Positions 37,073-48,686 of a stretch of DNA of 64,000 nt are shown here, piece after piece (positions within the stretch are counted from its first letter, which is position 1; each line of letters begins with the position of its first letter). A model generated the notes under the pieces. That model was not told the origin of the DNA and made no database searches. It saw only the letters and a list, made by a program, of their open reading frames with translations. The position numbers and the translations under genes were made by a program. Source of the stretch: Ginglymostoma cirratum (taxonomy: Eukaryota); contig JAHRHZ010000289.1 in assembly GCA_024137785.1 (NCBI GenBank), positions 17,531,550 through 17,595,549 on the forward strand, written 5' to 3'.

Positions 37073-37078
37073 TTTATT
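37073..37078 (-). promoter_or_regulatory. Candidate distal polyadenylation signal (AATAAA) of npy6r
   Basis: TTTATT on + near the edge of the TE-poor AT-rich block downstream of the CDS. Other AATAAA hexamers lie closer (e.g. 40034-40039). Confidence 0.3.
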
Positions 37079-39360
37079 GGAACAATTAACAAGATATATG
37101 CAGTCCACAGGAAGTTTAGCTGAATAAAGCACAATAAAATATGTACAACGAAATTAGTTTTCACATTTCATACAACATGCAGACCAGTGAACAAATAAAA
37201 TACATTCCCATAATTATTCAGCATGCCCATGCAATACTTTTTATATCAATTCATGTTTAACAGCAAACCAACACATTACATGGAAACATTGAAACAGCCA
37301 TTTATTATTATAAATTGCTGCAAACATTTTGTATAAAGTAACTGATTGAACAGTTAAATCTTTCAAAGTAGGGTGCACTGTTTTTAAATTTTTATAATTG
37401 TTGATCATTAATTCAAAGTCAGTGAAAAGTAAATAATATTTTAAGATTTGGATAGATTCGTTTGACATATGTTAACCAAATTATCAATATACGTATTAGG
37501 TTTATTTACGTGGCACAATTTGTGGTTGTCAACTTGAAGAATATTTTCCCTTGGAATGTAATTTTTATAGGGATTATAATTAAAGGTAGACTTCTAATGA
37601 CAATTCTGCACGCAGACTTCTTTAACATCTGATTGAAACTTTTAATGGGATGTCCAGTTGCAAAATTTAATGTAAAATGGAAAAATAATCTTGACAAAAT
37701 CTTATGTATGTAAACTGCATCAATCCAAAATATGGAATCAGAAAATCTAATCACATTAGCTAGATATCAGGAAGAAACATTTACATCAGAATATTATTTA
37801 CTGAATAAAGTGTTCTAATTTGTGCAAATAGGATGGAAAGATAACAATTTTGAAATATTTAAATTTCAAGCACATCAACAGATGTCATACGAGTTATCGC
37901 AATAACATTGACTATGACTGTGCAATTTTTAGGGTTAGTGTTTAATCTTCACTTTAGTGTTCAAATAGTTATCAGCCACTACATTTTTGCATAAAATATA
38001 AATCAACCAAGTGACTATTTTAGAAGTAGTAAGTTTTTGTGGTTTGCAGTATTTGGGTATTAATTGTCTATTCCTCCATTAATCAGATGGTATGTTATTG
38101 AAATAAAATTTAGTGGTTACCTTTGAACTGCTGACAACAAACACCTACAGAGCAAGTTCAATTCCGTCAGCAGATTACGTTTCACAGGAAACCTAAATAT
38201 CTCTATGATTATAACATTGTTTCCATTCAAAAATAACTTTTTCCATTAAACAATGTTAAGTAAACTACACAAATGTCCACAATTTCACTAAATTGTGTAT
38301 TTTATATGCCATATCAAATGTCTGCTGATGAATGGCAGTGTAAAGAAATACAGTAACCTGAAGATCTATAACATTTTATTGACATTTAAATATGGATCTA
38401 TTTACTGACTTTTTTTTATTATTATTAAGTTATTACATTTAGTTTTTAAGTGAAAATTGAAAAACTCTCCCCATCACTCAAATGAATCTGCATATCTCGT
38501 CCAGTTACTTCATAATGGAATTTGACACAAATGTATGGTATCAGGTACATGATGCATTATATTAATAATAATGTTACTGAATGTGAGTAGCAGAATGTGA
38601 TCATTCAAAACAAGGTATAGGGCTTCTTGTTTTATTCCTATAAACTCATCTTTTGTTTCTTTACTTGTCCCTTTTACTTGCAGTATTCTTATTGTGTTGT
38701 TTATTTTATACACTTACGGAGGCCTGGAGAATACATTCTCTTTAGGACACCATGGTTAGCTCTTTGGGAGGTAGGAGAGAGGGGTCATGCATTAATTTGG
38801 TCCTGGTAATTTGTAATTATGTGTCATTGCATTGCTTTAGTGAATATATGAAAAAGGTTTGCCAAACTTTCTCATATGAAGTTAGTGCTCTTTTAGAAGC
38901 TTCTCAGCAATGTTGTAGAATAAAAATATTTTTCTTTGCTTTACAGATACTGCTTATCTTTGGTATCGAACCACGTGAAACATTGAAATACACCAGATCT
39001 AACGAGTATTGGAAAGTTGTAGATTATAACTTACTGTTTGAAATAAGTGTAAATTGATAGCACATTTCCATAAAAATAAATTAGCCAAATATATCTGTTC
39101 AAAATTATATTTTCTTTGGATAGTGTACCCTTATACAAAGTAGTCAGTACATATTAAAACTCAGTTTCACTGATCAGGTATCAATTTGAATGAATGAGTG
39201 TACAGGATGTTGATTTAACTAGCCATCATATCTTTAATAAAAACCATTCCCATTCCAGTGGCTTTAAGAATGAATGTTCAAGCTATTGAGATGTAAAATA
39301 CAGCAATTGCTGTATTGTTACTGGAAGGTATTCTCCACATCCATGGGCATGGATCTCAAA

Positions 39361-39377
39361 GGGTCATCAAAGGGTCA
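39361..39377 (+). promoter_or_regulatory. DR5-type nuclear receptor element (RARE consensus)
   Basis: GGGTCA-TCAAA-GGGTCA matches RGKTCA-N5-RGKTCA exactly. Confidence 0.35.
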
Positions 39378-40461
39378 TCGGCCTTGAAAAAAATGCTTTC
39401 AGATGTTCTCACCCATTTACGTTGGTAGGGGAAAAGGGACATGACTCACTCAAGTGGGAACCCGAAACTTAGCAGGTCCATTTGAACTTGATACTAAGCT
39501 CAATTAGACATCATTTTCATTGTAGCAAAGGGCTTTAACAGCAGTATACGTGCCATTAATATATGAATAATACATAAATCCTCTGAAGGATGGATAAAGC
39601 ATGTAGAACTGTCAAGATATCAAGTTTTTAAAATCCTCAACTCTTTAAAAAACCAAAAAGCACAGCCTGCCTTCATCAGCGAACATTAAAAACAAAACTT
39701 AAGCTGTGAAGTTATTTAAATCCCCTTCCCTTCAAAAATTCAAAAAAAGTGGCCTGCCTGTGTCAGTGAGAGTTCAACAACATCTGTCCTGGTAGTTACA
39801 ATGCTGTACGTTGACAATGTCTCAAGGGTAATCATTATTTCATTCTTAATACTTGACTGCTTTCTGAAATCTTATCCTAGTGATGTTTGTAAGTACATAA
39901 CTCAAAGAGATTATGAAAGGTTTATCTGTTGTGATATGGGCTTCTGAATACAAATCTGTCTGTTTTAATAAAGGTTTAAATTCTTGAGGGGTTTCTTTAA
40001 GAAGTTTTCAATGGGCTTTCATGAGTGTGAGTGTTTATTATATTTGAAAGCTGCAATAGATATTTAGGTCTTTATTTTAATTCATCTTAACAAGGCTCTG
40101 ACATTCAGTTCGTGATAGATTGTGGAGAGGTTCACATAGAACGTACAGGGGAAAAAGGTGTGGGTGGTTGGAATGAGTTGGCATTAATTTGGCATGAATG
40201 CTATAAGGGGCAATGGAGGGTGGGTGGCAGCATTGGTTGACGTGGATGGGATATGGGGAATAAATGGGAGTATGATGAGGTATGAGGGCTAGAGGGCCTA
40301 ATACTTAACAAAATAACTCAGACAAAGAACCAAAGGAAAAATGAGGCTAGACTTTTAAAAAGCCTGTCTTGCCACTGAGCAGTCCCTTGTGGCTGCCTTC
40401 AATTTATGGGGCAATGGGCTCAAATCCATCTCATGCTCAATCAGAATACTTTCCCAAAGTG

Positions 40462-40557
40462 AAGGCACTAAGCCAGGAAATCTCCTGCCTCGGCAGTGAA
40501 ATCGAGTGCAAGGCACTAAGCCAGGAAATCTCCTGCCTCGGCAGTGAAATCGAGTGC
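40462..40557. repeat. Perfect 48-bp tandem duplication
   Basis: aaggcactaagccaggaaatctcctgcctcggcagtgaaatcgagtgc x2 (40462-40509, 40510-40557). Confidence 0.95.
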
Positions 40558-41401
40558 TATCTCTTTGTGTTTCTAATTCAATTACATATCTATAATTATT
40601 ATTAACTTTTTCCAAAACCACTAAGCAATTAATCCACTTAAGGGCTCCATTTTAATGCCACTTGTCTGTATCTAATATTTAGTGTACATTTCACTTCATG
40701 TATAATATTTCTGAAGTGCAATGTTTCATTTAAAAATAGTTCTTATCAGCTTTAGCTGATAGCTGAACATGAACATTAACAAGACCATGAGTCTAGTTGT
40801 GGTTGTTTTGCTGTAAAATTTCATTTTGTTTTATGAATAGTTCAGCACATTGTCTTTGCTTAAAGAAGGTTATTTGAACATTCAGCCTTGAACTTGTCCT
40901 TTGTGTTGTGAAAGTTGAGTTAATTACTGTGAAGGCATTATATGAATGGTTACTTTTTGATTGCAGTAAATAAAACAAATATTGAGACAAAAAAAACCAC
41001 TGACAAATAGGAACTTAATAAAACTGCCTATGTGAATATCCATATCAAGCATTGTAAATAATGCAAATTCAGAGTTATGGGATGCAATAGTGATATACTG
41101 ACAGTATTTAAAAAGTATGTTGTTAGCAGTACCTTGAGTATAACTAATACAAAAACTTGGGTGAAGCCGAATCACCAACTGTTCTAGCATGACATTGGCT
41201 CATCAAGTGTTCATGTAGTTAATTTAGGTCTGAATAAATCTCTTTCAATGGACATTCTACTAATAACTCTTTGTTCTATCGTTAATTTAAGAAAGGTTTC
41301 AAAATCATAGATAAACTTGTCAATATCAAAATCCAGTGTATTCTAATTATCTATTAAATAATTAGATACCTTTGTAAAATATGATCAATTTGAAAATTAC
41401 T

Positions 41402-42535
41402 TTATATATTTGGGGAGGAATTGTTTACTTTCAGTGAGAATTTGGACACATCTGTATGAATGGCTGAGAGCCCAATATTCTCATACTCTTCCTGGGTTGA
41501 TTGGTACTTGCAATGAATTAGCATATGTAAGTCCTTCTGGAAATTCTTATTGAGAAATCCATAGAAAATGGGATTAATACAGGTCGATATCATTGCAGTA
41601 AGATGACACAGTGTAAATACAAGATTATAGTGGCAGTTCATCAGAGCTTCATGATTCCAGTCAAAGACAACATTGAAGATGTTCAAAGGCAGCCAGCAGA
41701 CTGTAAATGCCACTACAATTGAGATCAGCATCATGTTTATTCTTTTGCTTTCATTTATTCTACTTTCATTTTCTCTTATTTTATCCACCATACCATTTCT
41801 TTTCTTTAGGCATATAAAGATTTTCAGATAGCAAACAAATATAAAGCACAGTGGGGCAAAGTACTGAAGAATGAGGAGGCACGTTGTAAAGACAAGTCTG
41901 TCTATTTCTGATGGCCAGATCTCAATGCACACAAATTTATCTTTGTAGAATTCTGAATGGGAAGAGACGTTTCTAAAAGGATCATCTGTAAGCAGATGAA
42001 ATACAACAAATGGAAATGAGATTATTAAGGATATAAACCAGATCAGTACAATCCCCCAACAGGCATGGGAGACAGCAGGCTTCCAGCCCCGTGGGTTCAC
42101 AATTAGCTGATGCCTTTCAATAGCAATCAGTACTAAGGAAAATATAGACACTGTGACAGATACACACTGAATAAATGAGTTTGCTTTGCACATTACATCT
42201 CCAAATACCCAGTAGTCCATCAGCGTGTACACAACAGTGAATGGAATACACATGACACAGATAAGGATATCAGATACAGAAAGATTTGCAATCAAGATAT
42301 TCGTAACATTATGATTTTCTTTCTGCCGTTTTATGATGAATATGAGGCAGAGATTACCAAAAAGTCCTATTATGGTCACTACACTATATGCAAGAATCAA
42401 TAGGAACATTACAGGTGAAGAAGCTTGGCATGAGTCAAAATCTGCAAACTGAGGCCTAGAGCCATTAGGGATATCTTCAGAAATATTTATGCTGTACTTG
42501 TACATTGATTCTTCCATTTTACCTGTTTTCATCAT
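41402..42535 (-). CDS. npy6r: Neuropeptide Y receptor type 6 (class A GPCR, Y1 subfamily), 377 aa, intronless CDS
   Basis: Seven TM helices. Motifs GNL, NVTNILIANLSVSD, CIPFTVVYTLMDYWVFG, ERHQLIVNPRGWKP, CWLPLNIFN..FDW and NPIFYGFLNKNFQKDL. ENESRINESKRINMMLISIV and the C-terminal YENI/HTD are Y6-like. Unlike Y1, there is no intron after TM5. Confidence 0.93.
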   Translation of the reverse strand: MMKTGKMEESMYKYSINISEDIPNGSRPQFADFDSCQASSPVMFLLILAYSVVTIIGLFGNLCLIFIIKRQKENHNVTNILIANLSVSDILICVMCIPFTVVYTLMDYWVFGDVMCKANSFIQCVSVTVSIFSLVLIAIERHQLIVNPRGWKPAVSHACWGIVLIWFISLIISFPFVVFHLLTDDPFRNVSSHSEFYKDKFVCIEIWPSEIDRLVFTTCLLILQYFAPLCFIFVCYLKIFICLKKRNGMVDKIRENESRINESKRINMMLISIVVAFTVCWLPLNIFNVVFDWNHEALMNCHYNLVFTLCHLTAMISTCINPIFYGFLNKNFQKDLHMLIHCKYQSTQEEYENIGLSAIHTDVSKFSLKVNNSSPNI

Positions 42536-42560
42536 TCAACCCATTTACAAATATTTACAT
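42536..42560 (-). promoter_or_regulatory. Two micro-uORFs directly upstream of the npy6r start
   Basis: ATG-TAA at 42560-42555 and ATG-GGT-TGA at 42544-42536, the latter abutting the main ATG in frame. Confidence 0.6.
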
Positions 42561-42663
42561 GTTAATTTTGAAACGAAGCAATTGTTCACGTCTGATACTT
42601 GCACACAAATTAATGATTTTCACTTGTAAATCCAAAATGCTTTTCTGGTTCCTATAAATTTAT

Positions 42664-42685
42664 CCTGTAAGTAAAGGAACAAACC
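42664..42685 (-). other. Splice acceptor of the npy6r coding exon
   Basis: ttgttcctttacttacag|G with AG at 42666-42665, leaving 129 nt of 5'UTR in the coding exon. Confidence 0.7.
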
Positions 42686-45025
42686 AATATTAATTCACTG
42701 AGCTTACAGTGGATTCTTCAAAACATATTGCTTTTACAAACTGACACATTCAATTTTATTCACATCCATTTCACTTTGAAGCTAGGAGCCTTTAGCAAAT
42801 CATTCTTCTCATTGTGATCTAAGGACCCATAATATTCATGAAAATGCATATGTGAGACTGAAGAGTCAAAACAGTTGTCTTGACTACTTTGATGGAATGA
42901 CACAACATTTCACTTTTGATGTGATTTACATTGTAATACCAGATTTTGTAAACAAATAAAAATAAGTTTGTTGAATATTTTTCCTGACGATAATAGTCTT
43001 TTGGTGTATGGTAATTATTTACTGTATACTTTTCAAACCTCAATTTTTTTTTCAGTCAAACACCAATTTGTTCTATTTGGGCAAATAACTTAAAAGTGTA
43101 TTAACAAGATCTCACCTCACGAAGGTGTTTGCCAAATATTTTGGTTACAGGTATAAATAATAAACATCATGATGAAATAGATAACTTGAATTACTTATGC
43201 CATTCATTGGCATGACCATAATGAACATGACACTTTTAATTTTGTGGAGTTCAACCAAGCAAACCATCCATATTGCTCATATCTCATTTTATGTTCACCG
43301 CATTACAAAGTTACTGAAAGTAAATCAAAGGACTTCACAAAAGGTGCAAACTGTGATGCCATTTTTCTTTATGAATGGACCAGAAATGTATCCAGACTTA
43401 TTTCTCACGTCATGTTATTTACTGATCTACTGTCTGCATATATACAATATGTTATTCTGTCTGCTTTCATTTCTAGAAAGATACAAGATAAACCTATTCA
43501 TTTACAATCCATGTTTTATTTCTATAATCTTAAAAAGTAATTGATCAGTCATGTAATTGCCACATGTAAAATTGCACTCAGACCTCAAGAATACAAACTT
43601 CTAAAGTGACTAAAGCGAGCCAACAGCTGCTATAGTTGCACGTAAAATCTAAATAGATAAGCTTAGCTCACACCGCTCTGATTTATTTCAAGTGTACAGT
43701 TTCAAAAGAACTGAAAGCAGAGTTGCTTAAAACTAAGTTTTGTGTTAATACTGCTCAGATTTCATAAATAGGAAGAGTGGTATATTTCAAAGTTAGCACT
43801 ATGCTCAGATAACAAACAAATAATAAGAGCTGTAAATTTGTTATTAGTGTTGATATTGATATTAGACATCAGTATATGCACCAAGCCTAACTACAGGAAG
43901 TTTCAAATGCTCATCGACAAGAGGTTAAAGGACAAGTTCAGGTATTCTGGTTTGGCTGCTGCCATTGGTGTCAGCTGTTCATGCATCTCCCATTTCTCAC
44001 CTCTTTCACATTCTGTTCAGGGCAATTCCTTGCTGCTTATTTAATGCCCTTGGAAGGCAGCAACTGGCAGTTATCCAGCTGCTTCCTCCACTGGATGCCT
44101 ATATAATGGGTCAGCAGCCCAAGATGGCAGTCATCCAATCATCTATTGATTCTTCTGAACCTTTTAACCCATCTCTTCTCCAAGCCACAGTGAACCCTAT
44201 TCAGGGTTATCTCCACCTGGCTACAAATCAGCATTTGGGAAAAGGCAACTGAACATGCAAATTGACTTCCATCCCAGTCACTTTATTCACTTCTCCGTGT
44301 GATATTTATTAACGGGATCTGCTTGGAGCTCATGAGGAAAGGTAAAAAAAAATTTACAGAATCTTGCCTGTCTATTTTCTGTGATCAACATGAAGGTTTT
44401 GCAGCTGTCCACGATGCTGGTCAGGGAACAGAGGTTGGGAGTGGTGTTGCATTTCTAACAGGCACAGTGCAAGGAGGGACAATTTACTGCAGATGATGGA
44501 ATCTGTACTATTGTTTTGGATGAAAGGGTCTGGAATCTCATGCAGAGTGTCTCCAAATGGCATTGGACAGCTGGCGTTTTAATGGAGGGGGCAAATATCA
44601 AAACAACTGCTCCTGTGGACTTTACAAAGTAAAAAGAATCAGATTAATAATTTTACTATGTTAACATATTCTCATGTATTAAAATAAAGCTGATAAAATT
44701 AAAAATGTAGCTGACAGGATCATCCAAAAATTAATATTGATAGGTTTATGTAAAATTATGTGTAACATTGGTCATGTATTTGCTGTAACAACACTCCTTG
44801 CAGTAGGAATGATAAGCTTTATTTCAGTAACTTTTCACATCATACAACAGATGAGAATAAATCTCAACAGGTCAAAGTTAGTCTTTTAAAACTTGACTTT
44901 AAAGAAAACTTGAAATAGCATCTTATTAAGTATACAACTGCAGGCCATACTTTAATTTTTTTTAAAAAATTGAGCATTTAACAATTATCACTTTTTTTTC
45001 TAAATGTTCAACAACTTGGTCTTAC

Positions 45026-45094
45026 CAGAAAAACAAAGCTTTCACCAAAGTGACTAGTTGAAAATAATCCCCCTGTATCTGGATCCTGCTGTTC
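45026..45094 (-). other. Candidate 69-nt 5'UTR exon of npy6r
   Basis: Acceptor tcattctgtttcag|G and donor CTG|GTAAGA, in unique sequence. Confidence 0.45.
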
Positions 45095-46549
45095 CTGAAA
45101 CAGAATGAGTTCATGAATTAAGGTTTATTATTTTCACTAGCACACAGAATGTTAACAGCAACAGAATGGAAAAAATAATTTGGTCCCTGGGGATATTTAA
45201 GTACATTGGCACAAATGTTCTGGTACAAAATGTGACAGATTAAAGGATTGTGAGAGCTGAGAGAATGGGCAATCAGACAATCTGTCTGTTATCACCTGTA
45301 AAACCATCGTGTCACACTATGTGTAGAGATACCAACAACACAATCATCTTTCAATTTTCACTTTCATGCCAATCAATAGCATGATCATTGCATGTAAACA
45401 ATGAGCTATCATGGATTTGATTTTCTTGGATGGCATAGGAAACACAGCCAGTCACAAATAGGGCCATAGTACAAAAACAGATGCGTTGAAATGTTAACAA
45501 GATAAATCTGAACATATCTGAGCGCACAGAGTATTTGCAATAAGGTAGATGAATTGACAGTGCAAATAATTGTACTTAGTCACGCTATGATAGTGGCTAC
45601 AGAGAAATGGCTGAAGAGCAACCAATGCTAGGAACTAAATATCTAATTCAATATACCTTTTAAGCGATTTTAAGTGTATTCAATATATAGGAAAGACAGT
45701 CAAAAAGAAGTAGAAATTGGAGTTCCGTTATTGGTAAAGGACACCATAATGAGAAAGGATATTGGCTCAGAAAATATAGCTGTAGAATCAGTTTGAGTGG
45801 AGCTAAGAAGCAACATTGGGTGTAAATTATTAGTGTGCCTGGTCCATTGGACTCCAAAACGTAATGATAATGTAGGGGATGGCATTAAATCATGGATGAT
45901 TTAAAAAACATACATACTTGTCAAACCACATGAGCAAATATACTGTGGCAAATGAAATCCTACATATGTAAAAGATAGGGCTGAATCTTAGGTTTCTTGG
46001 CTAAGATATGGATTACCTAAAGAAATATAATCAAATCAAGGTTCAAATTTTATGCCACAAGCATTGAAAGAAATGATGAACAGCTCTGGAATATTTTATT
46101 TCACATAATCGATTTATCAATTTGTTTGGTCATTACAAAGAACAAATATGGTCATAACTTGCCCAAAAGTAAATACTCCTCCTGCCCTGGTTTCAAAGTA
46201 TGTCCTCAGCTCTAAACTAAGAACCACGCCCCTACATCACTTTTCTCTGGCCTGAGCCCTTTCCAATCCTTGGGTTTCAGGACTACTCTTCCATCAGTAG
46301 CCACCATCACCACTGTGGCGCTGTTGAGCATAAGATCTGCTGGCCTCCGTTTGATCAAAAGCTCTCACTGGGCAGGGCTTCCTCCCAGGGTCTTGATCCC
46401 AAAGAAAGGCCCAGTGGTTGACTTACTACTGTCTAATTGGTGGTTCCCGGCTCTATATTTGGCAGGTCAGATTCATGATGTCTCATCAAGATTCCACCCC
46501 ATAAATTTTTATCATAACCAGAAGAAATCAACCATATACTTTTTAAAAC

Positions 46550-47100
46550 AAACATTAGGGGATGGAGAAAAAAAACAAAATGGTAAGATCTATAAAATCT
46601 GTAATGGGTAGAAGGCAGAAGAGGTTAAGTAATTAAAGGACATGATGGCAAAAGGCCATGATGCTGGGTTGTGCTATAACAAAAGATTGGTAGAGGAGAT
46701 ATATAAATGGCAATAATAGAACCATTACTGACACTTTCTGTCTCAAAAAATACAATGTGTTGCATCTAAAAGATTGTAAAGTGCCTAATTAAAAGATGTA
46801 GTACCATTTCTTGAACATCTGGAGCGCTTCACTGGAACAACATAGGATGCTGAGGACAGAGAGATTGGAATGGAAGCGAGGCAAACAATTAAAATTGTAA
46901 GCTAAGAGAGATTTAAGGTCAGACTACTGGACTGAACAGAAGTCAGGATTAGGTATGAGATTTCTAAGGGAGTAGACTACTGTCATTAAGAGGAGGACAG
47001 AGTAAGGGCCAAGAAAGAAGAGTACAGGCTCAAAAAGAATTCTGAAGCTGGAAGAAAGGGATCGCCTGTGGGAGGGTAAGAGCTTGATCAAAGAATTGGA
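46550..47100 (-). mobile_element. Degenerate L2-like LINE fragment
   Basis: Purine-rich block whose reverse complement resembles the pyrimidine-rich L2 copies in this window. Confidence 0.35.
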
Positions 47101-48602
47101 ACTGTGATCCAAAGAACACTGAATTGAATTGAGTCCTTTAAAATTAGCTTTGAAAGCTATATTTCGTTCCCCAGCAATTACTTCCAGTTCTGGCAAATTC
47201 CATTGGATTCCACTAGACCGACGTGAGAAGAATGGAACCATCTCCCTTCTTTTTGACCTTCTTGCTCAGTGGTAATAAAGATTTAAGTTCTTTTTAGCAT
47301 GGAGGTGTACCTTATTCCAATTGAGATATAATGAACAAATTTAGCAGTAGGAACTAATCACGGGGTTTTGTAAGTTTAAAAAAAAGCAATGTTATTACCT
47401 GCTAACCCCAGGAAAAGTAATAAAGTTGTGAAATCAGGGATTTGGTATTTATGCTGTCATCTTGACCCACACACGCATGCAGAAAGTTAAAAAAACAATT
47501 TCCAGTACAAACTAAGATAAAGGAATGTAACAGTTTAGAGTCTTTCAGGGTGTCCTTGATGGGTACGTTTTTAACCTGAGGCTACAGTTGATTACCTTGT
47601 TTCTTGAACTGTCAGTTGTAGCAAGTATTGCAGTTATATTTTAAGCCTTAGTTCCCTGATGTTTCCTTTTAATCAGTATTTTTCGTTTTTGAAAAACGAA
47701 TAGAGAGAAAGAGCATCTTCAGCCTTGCAGTTAAAAATCCATCTCTTCTTGGTCTGCCAAAGACTCCTTGAAATACATGCAGATTGTACATTTCCTGTCT
47801 GCTGAGATGATTGTGTCCAGGTTTGATAGTTCTAGATAATGTCTCATCTCCAATATATAATAGTTTTCATAATAGAGTAAATCAAATAGCAGATGAAGAC
47901 CCTTTTACATCTCCCATGGAGCTGGGTGACCGGTTTCAATGCACTTGGGGGAAATATTAATTTCATCTCAGATTGTCTGTAGGTTAATCCATATCAGTTT
48001 CATGAAACTTGTGGGTCAGGTGATGCCTGTGGCGATTTTAAGTCGGTGTTTTTTGGTCTCTTTTTAAAATAGTTTCAATCTAAGAAAGTCCTAGGTATTA
48101 AATCAACTGATGGAATTTGAAGATCAATAGTATATATTTTATATCATTGTGACAATTTCAATATAAATATGAACTCTCATTTTTCAGATCCAATAGTCAT
48201 CAGTATCTTCCATAATATTCGGTATTCACCAATTTACTGCTTCCTGAAAACTATTAAATATTCCAGCATTTTCTTTTTATATTTTAAATCCCCAGCATTC
48301 ATAACATTTTGCTTTGATATATCTGTGAGTCTGAGCCTAATGACTGAAAAGCCATGGGCAGCCGTCACCTTTATTGTAATGGTGACAGACCAATCATTGG
48401 TCCTATCAGTATCTTGTATTCTCTGAATTCCCCACCACCACAGACTCATTCAGTTTCTAATTGCCGTAGTAAGTCGCTGACTTGGTGCATGGATGTAAGA
48501 ATGTAATTGCAATTCAGGTTGAAATCAAGGGAAGTGGAACAAACTGTGAGTAGAATTTTGCCTAGGTACTCCTAACTGGCCTTTTCTTCAGCATCAAGTT
48601 TC

Positions 48603-48686
48603 TCATCAGCATCATAATGATTATCATCATAACATCTTGAAAATATTTTTATTGCTCCTGCTCCTCCTCCTCCTCTTCATCATCCT
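48603..48686. repeat. (CAT)n/(CCT)n low-complexity tract
   Basis: catcagcatcataatgattatcatcat...ctcctcctcctcctcttcatcatcct. Confidence 0.7.

Noticed and set aside
40355-40621. ORFs with a repeated 16-aa unit
   Set aside because: Caused by the 48-bp DNA tandem duplication; no coding evidence.
43197-43544. Overlapping 115-aa and 98-aa plus-strand ORFs antisense to the npy6r intron
   Set aside because: No recognisable domains or splice context; compatible with chance.
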